Shown here: positions 18,154 through 27,931 of the stretch, piece by piece
How positions within the stretch are numbered: position 1 is the stretch's first letter
How the letters are laid out: each line of letters begins with the position of its first letter
NCBI GenBank assembly: GCA_004769085.1
Contig: DUDS01000015.1
Coordinates: 97,975-161,974, forward strand
Direction of reading: 5' to 3'
DNA length: 64,000 nt
DNA from: Candidatus Melainabacteria bacterium SSGW_16
GTDB taxonomy: Bacteria; Cyanobacteriota; Vampirovibrionia; 2-02-FULL-35-15
Position numbers and translations under genes: made by a program
The notes under the pieces: generated by a model
Told to the model about the DNA's origin: nothing
Database searches by the model: none
What the model saw: only the letters and a program-made list of their open reading frames with translations

Positions 18154-19099
18154 TTTTTTCTTCCTCACATTTTTCTTCTTCACAATTTAATGTCTCATCT
18201 ATTATATATAAAGGCCTGCCTTTTGCTTGTTCAAGAATTTTCCCAATATAAATACCAAGGATACCAATTGAAACTAATATAATGCCAGTTGTAAAAAGAA
18301 TTAAAACCATAAGAGAAGTCCAGCCTTCTTTAAAGCCTTTTATAAAATACATTACAACAAGCAATACTGAAAACAACATTGATAAAAATGAAAAGCTAAG
18401 CCCTACAGAAATTGATAGACGCAACAACTTATCAGATTGAGAAACAATGCCATCAATAGCATGCTCCCACAATTTTAAAAACGAATAAGAACTATTTCCG
18501 CTAAACCGGGGATTTTGAATTACATCTATATAACAATGCTTGAATCCAAGCCATCTTAAAAGTAAAAGATAGTGACGCTGAGTGTCTTTTATTTTACAAA
18601 AAGCATTAACAACTTTCCTGGATAAAATTGAAAAGCTTATTACGTTTTTACCTATATAATTACAATCACTAAACAAATTGAGAACTACCTTAAATAAATA
18701 TGAGTAAAAGTTTCTTAAGAAGGAATGTGTCTTATTTTGTACTCTGGTATAAACAATTTCATAACCCTCTCTAATCTTTTCATATAATTTTGGTATATAA
18801 CTAGGATCATCTTGAAGGTCACAATCAATTACAATTACATAATCTCCCTTTGAAGTTTCTAAACCAGCAGTTATTGCATGTTGCTGCCCGAAGTTATTAC
18901 TTAATTTAATTCCTTTAATTCTCTTGTCCTTACCACAATTTTCTTTTATCTTAGTCCACGAACTATCAGGACTACAGTCATCAATTAATATAATTTCAAA
19001 ATCTTCCGTTATTTGTGAAACTGCTTTAGTAATCCTACTTACAAGTTCATCAACTATATCTTCTGCTTTATAAACTGGACTTATTACACTAAGCTGCAT
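18116..19099 (-). CDS. GT2 glycosyltransferase, ArnC/GtrB-like (polyprenol-phosphate sugar loading)
   Basis: IDDCSPD, LSNNFGQQHAI.AGL, IDCDLQDDP, two C-terminal TM helices, IYIGKI...KGRPLYII. Confidence 0.88.
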   Translation of the reverse strand: MQLSVISPVYKAEDIVDELVSRITKAVSQITEDFEIILIDDCSPDSSWTKIKENCGKDKRIKGIKLSNNFGQQHAITAGLETSKGDYVIVIDCDLQDDPSYIPKLYEKIREGYEIVYTRVQNKTHSFLRNFYSYLFKVVLNLFSDCNYIGKNVISFSILSRKVVNAFCKIKDTQRHYLLLLRWLGFKHCYIDVIQNPRFSGNSSYSFLKLWEHAIDGIVSQSDKLLRLSISVGLSFSFLSMLFSVLLVVMYFIKGFKEGWTSLMVLILFTTGIILVSIGILGIYIGKILEQAKGRPLYIIDETLNCEEEKCEEEKNESREYLLSRKP

Positions 19100-19197
19100 A
19101 AAACCCTAACTCTTTAAACTGATTTGTATATAATAGAACCTGATTAATTTTGTCTTTATTATACATCTTTCAAAAATGAACTTCTGAGCAAGAGAAA

Positions 19198-19995
19198 ATG
19201 ACAACTATACGATTTGAAGAAATAATGGACGAGCTAAACATTGTCCTAGGTGATGTACTCTTTGTTCACAGTTCTTGGAATAGACTTAAATTCCTTGGCT
19301 TAAGCCCGCATGAAGTTATTGAAAAGTTAAAAGCAAGAGTTGGACAAAAAGGTTTACTATGTATGCCAACTTATCCGTGGATTCATCCAGATATACCATT
19401 TAATCCAAAGAAATCTTTCTCTATTATTAACACCCCATCAGAAGTAGGCTACCTAAGTGAAACCTTTAGAAATTATCCAGATGTTTATCGAAGTGCAAAT
19501 CCTCTTTTCCCTGTAGCAGCTTGGGGAAACAAGGCTTGTGATTTGGTTTCTGGACAAGAAAACGCAAAGGATTTATTTGGCGACGAATCGGTCTTTGTCC
19601 AACTTATAAAGCTTAAAGTTAAGCAACTGGGACTTGGAGTAAGTGTTGGACTCTCAACTTTCATACATATGGCAGACTGGAGATTGCGTCACTTACTTGA
19701 TTTTAGAGTTAGTGAAGAAGTAAAGGTCTCTATTAAATTGAAAGATCGTTTCTTAAGTGATGTGCCTTTTCTTGTTATTCCAGAAACTGTCTTTAAGGTT
19801 ATTAATTCAGCACTACTATTTCACAAGAGAAAAGATCTCATGGATCGGGTTATTTTTAAAACCGTTGAAGGAAATTTTCTTTATTCTTATTGCATACAAG
19901 ATATGCTTGAAGTGGCATTTGAAGAGGCTGAAAATGCTCTTCGTGCTAAGACTTTTCCTTGCTGGTATCACAAGCAACCAATTGATAAGCCTTAA
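19198..19995 (+). CDS. AAC(3)/Antibiotic_NAT-family N-acetyltransferase
   Basis: VLFVHSS, LCMPTY, TPSEVGYLSETFR, RSANP..VAAWG, LGLGV, TFIHMAD motifs. Confidence 0.8.
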   Translation: MTTIRFEEIMDELNIVLGDVLFVHSSWNRLKFLGLSPHEVIEKLKARVGQKGLLCMPTYPWIHPDIPFNPKKSFSIINTPSEVGYLSETFRNYPDVYRSANPLFPVAAWGNKACDLVSGQENAKDLFGDESVFVQLIKLKVKQLGLGVSVGLSTFIHMADWRLRHLLDFRVSEEVKVSIKLKDRFLSDVPFLVIPETVFKVINSALLFHKRKDLMDRVIFKTVEGNFLYSYCIQDMLEVAFEEAENALRAKTFPCWYHKQPIDKP

Positions 19996-20074
19996 GAAAG
20001 TCTTTTAAATCTAGTAAAAGTGCTGCAAGTTCAAGAGCATGAGTACAAGATGTTGAATGATAAGCCATGTGTTC

Positions 20075-20989
20075 TTACATTTGTAAAACCAACTTATACA
20101 AACTGTTTCCTAATAATTCATGAACCTTTTTACCGGGGTGTGCATCAAGTTTATTAATTGTAACTTCATTTTTACTCAAGTTTGAAACCAGATCAGAAAC
20201 CTCTACAACCTTAACTCCACAGCCTTCAAAAACATTTTTGACTTTAGTAACAATAAATTTACTTCCATCAACATCCTGTAAGAACGGAAATATAACCACT
20301 ATTAAATTTACTCCCATAGACTTACAAACCAGTGCAAGCTCTTCTTTATGCAAATTCCATACCTGGGGATCAGCATATTGTTTATTTACCCACTGTATAT
20401 AATTGGTAGAAGCATTGTTTAATTTAAATCTAACTAAGAGCCAGTAAATATAGTCAAGAAAATAAGATTTAGAAGTTATATTTTTTACAATTCCAGCAGC
20501 TGGAGTCGGAAACTTAAATCCCTGGTTTAACCTACTAGCTGCTTCCTCAATGTCATTTGGGAAGTACGACCATATAACAATGTCTGCTTTGTGCGGATAA
20601 TTCTTTAGCTGCATAAGCTCAGTTCTTGTACCCCAGCCATTTCCAGCAACTGTTATAACAGCATAAGCTGGTCCAAGATTCTGTGCTAGCACTCCAGAGA
20701 AGCGATCAGCTATGTTTTCAATGCCATGTCCTGCTACAAATGAATCACCAACTACTATTACCTTGGTTTTATTTTCTAAATTGTTTTTTGTCCACTCATT
20801 ATCTCTATATCCAAACGAGTTTATAGGATACCAATATCTCTTAAACCATCGTTGAGAAGAAAGTGTTATGCCAAATCCATCAGACCGGATAAAAAAGAAT
20901 CTAAAGTATATCTCCAAGCAAGAAAAACAAAGAAAGACAACCAAGAAACTTATTAACAAATTTATAGTTAAAGATTTATAATTTAACAA
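20075..20989 (-). CDS. Membrane-anchored SGNH/GDSL hydrolase-like protein
   Basis: N-terminal TM, INSFGYRD, VVGDSFVAG, YFPND, DAHP motifs. Confidence 0.8.
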   Translation of the reverse strand: MLNYKSLTINLLISFLVVFLCFSCLEIYFRFFFIRSDGFGITLSSQRWFKRYWYPINSFGYRDNEWTKNNLENKTKVIVVGDSFVAGHGIENIADRFSGVLAQNLGPAYAVITVAGNGWGTRTELMQLKNYPHKADIVIWSYFPNDIEEAASRLNQGFKFPTPAAGIVKNITSKSYFLDYIYWLLVRFKLNNASTNYIQWVNKQYADPQVWNLHKEELALVCKSMGVNLIVVIFPFLQDVDGSKFIVTKVKNVFEGCGVKVVEVSDLVSNLSKNEVTINKLDAHPGKKVHELLGNSLYKLVLQM

Positions 20990-21105
20990 TTTGCTTTCTT
21001 CTTCCCTATCTTCCAGGTAAAGCTTAGAAACAATAACATAGCACTGTTATCACCAAAAAGAAATATAATATAAAAGCCTAACAATCATCCTAAAAAAGCA
21101 AGAAT

Positions 21106-23271
21106 ATGGACATACAAAAATATCTTTTACTACTTATCTTTTTTTTCATTGTAACTAGCTTTGGCTACGCATTCACAAAAAGAATATTAAAGGAAAACAG
21201 AATAATTTGTTTGATTCCTCTTTCAATTTGTTTTGGATCGTCTTTTTTTGTAATCCTGTTACATTTACTTTCGCTTATTTTTGGTATTAAACTATCAACC
21301 TATATAAGTTTGTTTTTAATTTTTGTTGGGACATTATTTATTTTATTGAAGTATAAAACAACAACCAAGTTAGTGCTTAACTTGTCAGTCTTTCAATTTA
21401 TTCTACTTTCTCTATTTTCATGCATTGTTGCAGCTTTAACTTTTTGGCACCTTATTATTTTTGGCACTTATGATCCCCTCTATCAAAGTATAGAAGTCAT
21501 GATAAAAAACTCATATCCTCCTCATCACCCTTATAATTCAGAAATGATAGTTAGTTATCATTTTGGTGTCATTTTGTATGCTTGTGCATTAAGAGTATTT
21601 TCCAGTATAGATGTATGGAATAGTTTTATCCCTATCCAAACAATATTTGCATTTGTTACACCTTTTACTATTTTTTGTTTGCTTTTTTCCTCAACAAAAA
21701 ACTACATACAGTCTTTTATTGGTTCAGTAATCGGTTGCTTTTGTGCAAACTTAACATCCTTTAAGCTATTAATGCTCCTTCCTCAAGTCAACAATTATGA
21801 CTTTTTTAGTAATGCACACAAAACACTAGTAACAATGAATGAAAGTGGATTTGCTATAAGTACAAGCAAAGCTCTTGTTTCTCCTAATTTGTCTGTTGCA
21901 ATACCACTTTCAATATTGTTATTTTATTTATGTACTAGAGAGAATGCAAATGGTAAAAGATACTGTTCTGTAATTCTATTTGTTACAGCTTTTTTGTTTT
22001 TTAGCTATGAGTCCTTTTACGTGCCAGTTTTAATTTCTGTTTTTCTATATTACTTTTTCTTTTTTATTCTAAGCAAAGATAAGCCAAAGCAACTAATTAC
22101 ATCAATTCTAATAATAGCTTCACTTCTTTTGGGTCCTTTTTTAGTTGGCAGTGTTTTTGTTAATAATGTTAGAGGCATATCAAATCTTTTATATTTCCAT
22201 CCAAAACTTTATACTTACTCTTGGTCTGGCATACTGAATCAGTTTTATCCCAATGAGTGGTTTGGTAAAAATATGGTTTTATCTAACGGTGATGGGTGTC
22301 AGTTTTATAAGATTCCACTTCTATCAAAGTATTTTTTTGTTGAACTGGGGCTACCATTTATTATTTTACCTATTATAATGATCTGGCTTTTCTTTAAAAA
22401 GAATTTGATTCTGATTTTCTTTTTCTTAAGTGGATTAATTTCATTTATGTTCCCTTTTTTAATTAGCTACTTACCAAGAGAGATAGAAGTCTTGCGATTC
22501 TTCATTTATGCAAGGTATATTTTTTCTATTTTATTTGGGGCTTTTTTAGGCTGGTCGCTGACTGTTAAATTGCCTTATTTAGTTACAAATACTTACCGTT
22601 TGATTTTAATTATTGTTATTTTTCTCCAAATACTTCCAGGAATTGTTTGGTTTATACCTAGAAAAATAGCAGAATATGATTATAGGTATAGTCAAATACC
22701 CAACCTTGATAAAAAAGCCCTAAGCTGGCTGAGTAAAAAAGTTAAGCCTGGTGATAGAGGATTAGGCCCAACAAATATACCCCACGCACAGTTTGAATTA
22801 ATTAATATTGCAAGTGTTTTTGGAATAACAGGAGATCCCAAAGTTTTATTTGCAAGTGAAACAAGAAAAACTGCTTTAACCACACTAAACCCATGCTTAC
22901 TAAAAGAGCTAAAAGTCAGATGGATTTTTTTAAATAATGATTTGTTAACAGTAGTGCCAAAAGAAATGATTGAGAATCTAAAAAATGAAAAACTTTTGTT
23001 TCTTCGTTATAAGTGTAAAGATGATAAAGACACAAAAAAGATATATGAGTTTATTCCTAAAAATGTCGATAGGTACTGTACGAATAAAACATATGAGTGG
23101 GTTTTAGGAAGGATGTATGATGGTAAGTTTATACAGCTAATTGATTCTGACTCAATGTTAAAGATTGCATTTAATGATAAAGAGATTGCTCTAAATACAT
23201 TAGAACAATTAAAAAAACGCTTAGATCCTAAAGAAGCATACTGGTATAGAGTAGAAGCAATAAAAATATAA
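21106..23271 (+). CDS. Polytopic membrane protein, putative GT-C glycosyltransferase
   Basis: Many TM segments; extracytoplasmic loop GTYDPLY...YPPHHPY...SYHFG; soluble C-terminal domain with ALSWL. Confidence 0.55.
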   Translation: MDIQKYLLLLIFFFIVTSFGYAFTKRILKENRIICLIPLSICFGSSFFVILLHLLSLIFGIKLSTYISLFLIFVGTLFILLKYKTTTKLVLNLSVFQFILLSLFSCIVAALTFWHLIIFGTYDPLYQSIEVMIKNSYPPHHPYNSEMIVSYHFGVILYACALRVFSSIDVWNSFIPIQTIFAFVTPFTIFCLLFSSTKNYIQSFIGSVIGCFCANLTSFKLLMLLPQVNNYDFFSNAHKTLVTMNESGFAISTSKALVSPNLSVAIPLSILLFYLCTRENANGKRYCSVILFVTAFLFFSYESFYVPVLISVFLYYFFFFILSKDKPKQLITSILIIASLLLGPFLVGSVFVNNVRGISNLLYFHPKLYTYSWSGILNQFYPNEWFGKNMVLSNGDGCQFYKIPLLSKYFFVELGLPFIILPIIMIWLFFKKNLILIFFFLSGLISFMFPFLISYLPREIEVLRFFIYARYIFSILFGAFLGWSLTVKLPYLVTNTYRLILIIVIFLQILPGIVWFIPRKIAEYDYRYSQIPNLDKKALSWLSKKVKPGDRGLGPTNIPHAQFELINIASVFGITGDPKVLFASETRKTALTTLNPCLLKELKVRWIFLNNDLLTVVPKEMIENLKNEKLLFLRYKCKDDKDTKKIYEFIPKNVDRYCTNKTYEWVLGRMYDGKFIQLIDSDSMLKIAFNDKEIALNTLEQLKKRLDPKEAYWYRVEAIKI

Positions 23272-23272
23272 A

Positions 23273-24268
23273 ATGAAAAATAATCTAATCAAATATCTAT
23301 GTTGCCTTAACTGCAGGGGAGATTTACGGTTAACTAACCATAGCAATGACAATGAAACCACAAATGGTAAATTGAATTGTATAAATTGCAACAAAACCTA
23401 TGAAATATTGAATGGTGTACCAATTTTTACAAATTTTTATTCAGATCAAAACTATAAAGTAAAAATTACTGCGAAAAACTTTGCATATTCATGGCAAAAG
23501 TTTTCAAGAACAGATAAAAGTTTTTACAAGGGACAATTTTTTGACTGGATTAACCCAATAAATGAAGATTTTCTAAGAGGGAAATTTGTTTTAGATGCTG
23601 GCTGTGGTAAAGGGCACCACTTAATGACAATAAGTCCTTATGTAAAAGAAGCAATCGGTGTTGATATTAGTGATTCTGCTTTTATAGCATATGAAAACAC
23701 CAAACATTTACAAAATATTCATATAATTCAAGCAGATTTAAATTGTCTCCCACTAAAGGATGAGATTTTTGATTATATATATTCAGTAGGGGTCGTACAC
23801 CATACAGAATTCCCTAAAGTAACTACACAAAACCTTTACAAAAAAATAAAAAAAGACGGGGTAATGTCTATTTGGGTTTATGGAAAAGAAAATAATTGGT
23901 GGATTATATACCTTATTGATCCAATGAGAAAATTAATAACTTCAATACTGCCACCTCAAATAATCCACATATTATCTTTTTTTCTTGCACTATTCTTATT
24001 CCCAATTTTAAAATTAGTTTATTCCCCTGTTAATAAATTTAAGATTCTAAAACCTTTTAGTAAAATACTCTTCTACTATCCTTATTTATCATACATATGT
24101 AATTTTGATTTTATTGAAATAAATAATATTATTTTTGATCATCTAGCTGCACCTATTTCACACTACCTAAGTAAAAACGAAGTAAAAGATTTAATAAACT
24201 TTAATTCACATAAAGCAAAAATAGAATGGCACAATGAAAACAGTTGGAGAATTTTAATAACCAGATAG
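23273..24268 (+). CDS. Trm112-like Cys-rich domain fused to class I methyltransferase
   Basis: CCLNC..C..C..YEILNGVP N-terminus; VLDAGCGKG, YSVGVVHH, IWVYGKE. Confidence 0.85.
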   Translation: MKNNLIKYLCCLNCRGDLRLTNHSNDNETTNGKLNCINCNKTYEILNGVPIFTNFYSDQNYKVKITAKNFAYSWQKFSRTDKSFYKGQFFDWINPINEDFLRGKFVLDAGCGKGHHLMTISPYVKEAIGVDISDSAFIAYENTKHLQNIHIIQADLNCLPLKDEIFDYIYSVGVVHHTEFPKVTTQNLYKKIKKDGVMSIWVYGKENNWWIIYLIDPMRKLITSILPPQIIHILSFFLALFLFPILKLVYSPVNKFKILKPFSKILFYYPYLSYICNFDFIEINNIIFDHLAAPISHYLSKNEVKDLINFNSHKAKIEWHNENSWRILITR

Positions 24269-24376
24269 GGAGACTACCACTGGCTATTTCTACTAATTAT
24301 GATAACTATGACAATTGTCACACTTGATAACTAAGTCTAAGCTGTACTGTTAAAATATAAAGCTAATTAAAAAGGG

Positions 24377-24799
24377 GTGATTATTATGAAAAAGCAAGAT
24401 AGTTTATTTTTACTTATTGTTCTACTGGTTTCTTTTTCTCTACCACTTTGGGCCTATGCACATGAAGAAAAAGAAATTGAAGGCTTTACAAAAGACTGTA
24501 AGTTTTTATACATACTAAGAGAAGATTCAATAGATAAACATAGTTTGCCAAATCTTCAATTAGTAACTTCAGTAGATCTTCCTTCTCGCACAAAAGGAAA
24601 ATCAATTGAAATTGCTGGACAGTGTGGTGACCCAACTGAAACAATATTAGTATCAGTTAAAAGAAAAGGCCGTAATGGCGGAGAAGCTGTACTTTCCTAT
24701 AGTGAAGATTTACAACTTATAGGTGAGCTTAGCTTAGACGATGATGATGATGATGATGATGACGATGATGATGACGATGATGATGACGATGATGATTAA
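24377..24799 (+). CDS. Hypothetical secreted protein with a 20-residue poly-Asp C-terminus
   Basis: Signal-peptide-like N-terminus ending AYA; terminal D20. The start may be the ATG three codons downstream. Confidence 0.65.
   Translation: MIIMKKQDSLFLLIVLLVSFSLPLWAYAHEEKEIEGFTKDCKFLYILREDSIDKHSLPNLQLVTSVDLPSRTKGKSIEIAGQCGDPTETILVSVKRKGRNGGEAVLSYSEDLQLIGELSLDDDDDDDDDDDDDDDDDDDD
24737..24796 (+). repeat. (GAY)20 trinucleotide microsatellite encoding poly-Asp
   Basis: GAC(GAT)7 followed by three copies of GACGATGATGAT, then TAA. Confidence 0.95.
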
Positions 24800-24944
24800 A
24801 TGGAAACTCTCTCGGAACGTTTAAAGCAAAAATTGAATGGCATTAGGAGAACTGCTGTAGCAAACAGCCTTTAGCTTCTTCTTATATGAAGAATTAGGGG
24901 GGGGTAATAAATTTTACTTTTGAAGTGTATACTTAAATATAAGT

Positions 24945-26702
24945 ATGAAAGTTCTTGCGATTTCTTGCGAACAAGATGCTGGTGCTGTAATAAACATAAA
25001 TGGAAAAATTACTGCAGCAGCAAATGAAGAAAGATTTAACAGGAAAAAACTCTATATTGGTTTTCCTGAATTATCAATTTTAGCTATATGTAAAAAAGCA
25101 AATCTAGAACCAAAAGATTTTGATTTTATAGCAGTTTCAACTTATAACCACATTTCATCTTTAGACTATAGCAACCCGACTTTCCATCAAAAAATAGGAG
25201 AAAAACTTTCAAAAATAAAACTAATTCAGGCTGCTCTAAGGACTAATTTCTTTTCAACCATTGTGAAATATATACATAGGATTAGTCAAAGTCACTATAG
25301 AAGCTACATAAAAAAAAGGCTTAGAGAATTAGGTTTTAATCAAAAAGTTTATTTTATTGATCATCATTTATCCCATGCATGTTCATCATATTACACGTCA
25401 GGGTGGAATGATTGTTTAGTTGTTACCTTGGATGGTGCAGGAGATGGTGTTTGCTCAAAAGTATTCCTGGCAAAAGAGAATAAACTAGTTGAGGTACATA
25501 GTATTCCTTTTTACGGTTCTCCAGGATACTACTATTCTTATGCAACAAACATATGTGGTTTCAAATACGGAAGAGAAGGAAAGCTAACAGGTTTAGCAGC
25601 CTTTGGAAACCCTGAAACCACAAAGAACATTTTTGCATCAAGAATTAAATATGATTCAAAGCAATTAAGATTTATCAACCATGGTCATTATTTCAACAGT
25701 GAAATAAATTATTTAAGACTTGCACTTAACGGTAGCAAAAAAGAAGATATTGCAGCCGGAATTCAAATCCATCTTGAACAAATGTTAACTTCTTATATTT
25801 CTGACTTAATCAAAAAATTTAAAAATAACTCGCCAACAAAACTTGTTTTATCAGGAGGAGTCTTTGCAAATGTAAAATTAAATCAAAAAATTAGCGAACT
25901 AGAAAACATTTCAGAAATTTATGTTCACCCTCACATGGGCGATGGTGGATTAGCAGTAGGTGCTTCCTTTGCATTATTAATGAAAAAGAATTTTCCGTTA
26001 ATACCAACTAAACTTGAAAATGTATATTTAGGTCCTGAATATAGCGATAAAGATATCCTTAATGCTCTTGAATTACATGAAGTGGATTATTATACTCCAA
26101 CTAACTTAGCTCTAACTATTGCAAAAGCGCTTAGTAGAGGTAAGGTCGTTGCTTACTACAATGGTGCAATGGAATATGGACCAAGGGCTCTTGGACACAG
26201 ATCAATTTTTGTTAGTGCAAAAGATCCATTAATAAACCATACCTTAAATCTAAGGCTGCAAAGATCAGAGTTTATGCCTTTTGCACCAATAGTTTTAAAA
26301 GAATATGAAAACGATTATTTTTTAAACCTGGATCCAAAACATAACTGCACAAAATTTATGACAATCACTATGAATGTAACAAATAAAGCTCTGAAAGACA
26401 TCCCTGCAGCAGTTCATATTGATGGAACAGCAAGATTTCAATCAATAACAAAAGAGCAAAACCCTATTATTTATAATATGCTGACTAATTACCATTTAAT
26501 AACCGGTGTTCCTGCAGTTATAAATACAAGCTTTAATATGCATGAAGAGCCAATAGTAGAATCTCCCCAGGAAGCTATTGAATGCTTTAAAAAAGGGCAT
26601 TTAGATATGCTAGTCATTGGTAATTATGTGCTTGAAAAAGATGAAGCTAACACTAGCGATAAAAGTATTGCTGGGTCAGAAATAACTACTGTTAAGGTAT
26701 AA
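24945..26702 (+). CDS. Carbamoyltransferase (NodU/CmcH family)
   Basis: EERFNRKK, DHHLSHA, LDGAGD, EGKLTGLAAFG, SGGVFANV, MEYGPRALGHRS, FMPFAP, HIDGTAR, NTSFNMHEEP. Confidence 0.93.
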   Translation: MKVLAISCEQDAGAVININGKITAAANEERFNRKKLYIGFPELSILAICKKANLEPKDFDFIAVSTYNHISSLDYSNPTFHQKIGEKLSKIKLIQAALRTNFFSTIVKYIHRISQSHYRSYIKKRLRELGFNQKVYFIDHHLSHACSSYYTSGWNDCLVVTLDGAGDGVCSKVFLAKENKLVEVHSIPFYGSPGYYYSYATNICGFKYGREGKLTGLAAFGNPETTKNIFASRIKYDSKQLRFINHGHYFNSEINYLRLALNGSKKEDIAAGIQIHLEQMLTSYISDLIKKFKNNSPTKLVLSGGVFANVKLNQKISELENISEIYVHPHMGDGGLAVGASFALLMKKNFPLIPTKLENVYLGPEYSDKDILNALELHEVDYYTPTNLALTIAKALSRGKVVAYYNGAMEYGPRALGHRSIFVSAKDPLINHTLNLRLQRSEFMPFAPIVLKEYENDYFLNLDPKHNCTKFMTITMNVTNKALKDIPAAVHIDGTARFQSITKEQNPIIYNMLTNYHLITGVPAVINTSFNMHEEPIVESPQEAIECFKKGHLDMLVIGNYVLEKDEANTSDKSIAGSEITTVKV

Positions 26703-26716
26703 TTTATAGCTTAATT

Positions 26717-27928
26717 ATGTTACCTGGCAGTCATAAAAAACTAAAAGTCTTAATGGTAAATTACGAATTCCCGCCAATAGGCGGCGGCGGCGGTACCACG
26801 ACAAGGTTCCTGGCAAAGTACATGGTAAGACTTGGTGCAGATGTAAATGTAATCACTTCAAAGCCAGGAAAAGATGATTATATCGACCATCCTGAAGGAT
26901 ACAGAATTTATTATGTAGGTCCTACTAAAAACAAACTTTCAGGCACACATATACCTGAACTAGCCCGATTTGCACTGACAATGATTTACTACTCAAAATC
27001 AGTATTGAAGACTATTCAGCCTGATATTATTCATTGTTTTTTTACTTTGCCATCAGGAAGTTTTGGTTTATTCTGTAAAAAGTTTTGTAACATACCCTAT
27101 GTGGTTTCCACTCTGGGAGCTGATGTACCAGGATTTAGTATTGGTGACTGGAGGCTTGATGTTTATCATACTTTTACAAAATTTATTTCAAAATCTATCT
27201 GGGACAATTCTTCTGCTGTAGTTGCAAACAGCAAATCACTTCATGACACATGTAAAATATTTGCACCTGAAGATGATATAGGCATAATTACCAATGGTGT
27301 GGACACAGATCTTTTTTATCCACCAGCAAATAAAAAAACTACAAACGAAGTAAATATTCTTTTTGTAAGCAGGCTAATGCTTCAAAAAGGTGTTGATACT
27401 CTTATTAAATCCTGCAATGCATTAAAAGAAAGAGGAATTACAAACTTTAGACTAACCATTGTTGGTGAAGGACATTTAAAAGAAATGATGTTTTCACTGA
27501 TTGATAAATTTAACTTAGGGAAATACATTGATTTTCTTGGATGGAGAGATTTAGAACAGCTTCCTGAAATTTATAGAAATGCAGACATTTTTATCCTCCC
27601 TTCTGTAATGGAAGGGATGTCCAGTGTAACTCTACAGGCTATGGCTAGCGGGTTACCTATTGTGGCATCCAGGGTAAAAGGATTTGAAGAAATATTAGAG
27701 GAAAATGTAAATGGATTTATGGCAGATTACAAAAATGAGCAGCAGTTTGCAGATGCTCTTGAAAAGCTAATAAAATCGCCTGAGTTAAGGCAAAAAATGT
27801 CACAAAAAAGCATTGAAAAATCAAAACAATTTTCCTGGGAAAGAATCTCAAGGCAGTATATGGAATATTATGAGAAGGCTTTAAATATCAAAAAAACAGA
27901 AAAAGAGTTATTATATTTAAAGAAATAA
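26717..27928 (+). CDS. GT4-family glycosyltransferase
   Basis: NYEFPPIGGG, NGVD, QKG, PSVMEG..V.LQAMASGLP, FSWE motifs. Confidence 0.92.
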   Translation: MLPGSHKKLKVLMVNYEFPPIGGGGGTTTRFLAKYMVRLGADVNVITSKPGKDDYIDHPEGYRIYYVGPTKNKLSGTHIPELARFALTMIYYSKSVLKTIQPDIIHCFFTLPSGSFGLFCKKFCNIPYVVSTLGADVPGFSIGDWRLDVYHTFTKFISKSIWDNSSAVVANSKSLHDTCKIFAPEDDIGIITNGVDTDLFYPPANKKTTNEVNILFVSRLMLQKGVDTLIKSCNALKERGITNFRLTIVGEGHLKEMMFSLIDKFNLGKYIDFLGWRDLEQLPEIYRNADIFILPSVMEGMSSVTLQAMASGLPIVASRVKGFEEILEENVNGFMADYKNEQQFADALEKLIKSPELRQKMSQKSIEKSKQFSWERISRQYMEYYEKALNIKKTEKELLYLKK

Positions 27929-27931
27929 ATT

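Noticed and set aside
26780-26794. (GGC)n run in the GT4 gene
   Set aside because: Encodes the ordinary PPIGGGGG N-terminal motif of this GT4 subgroup.
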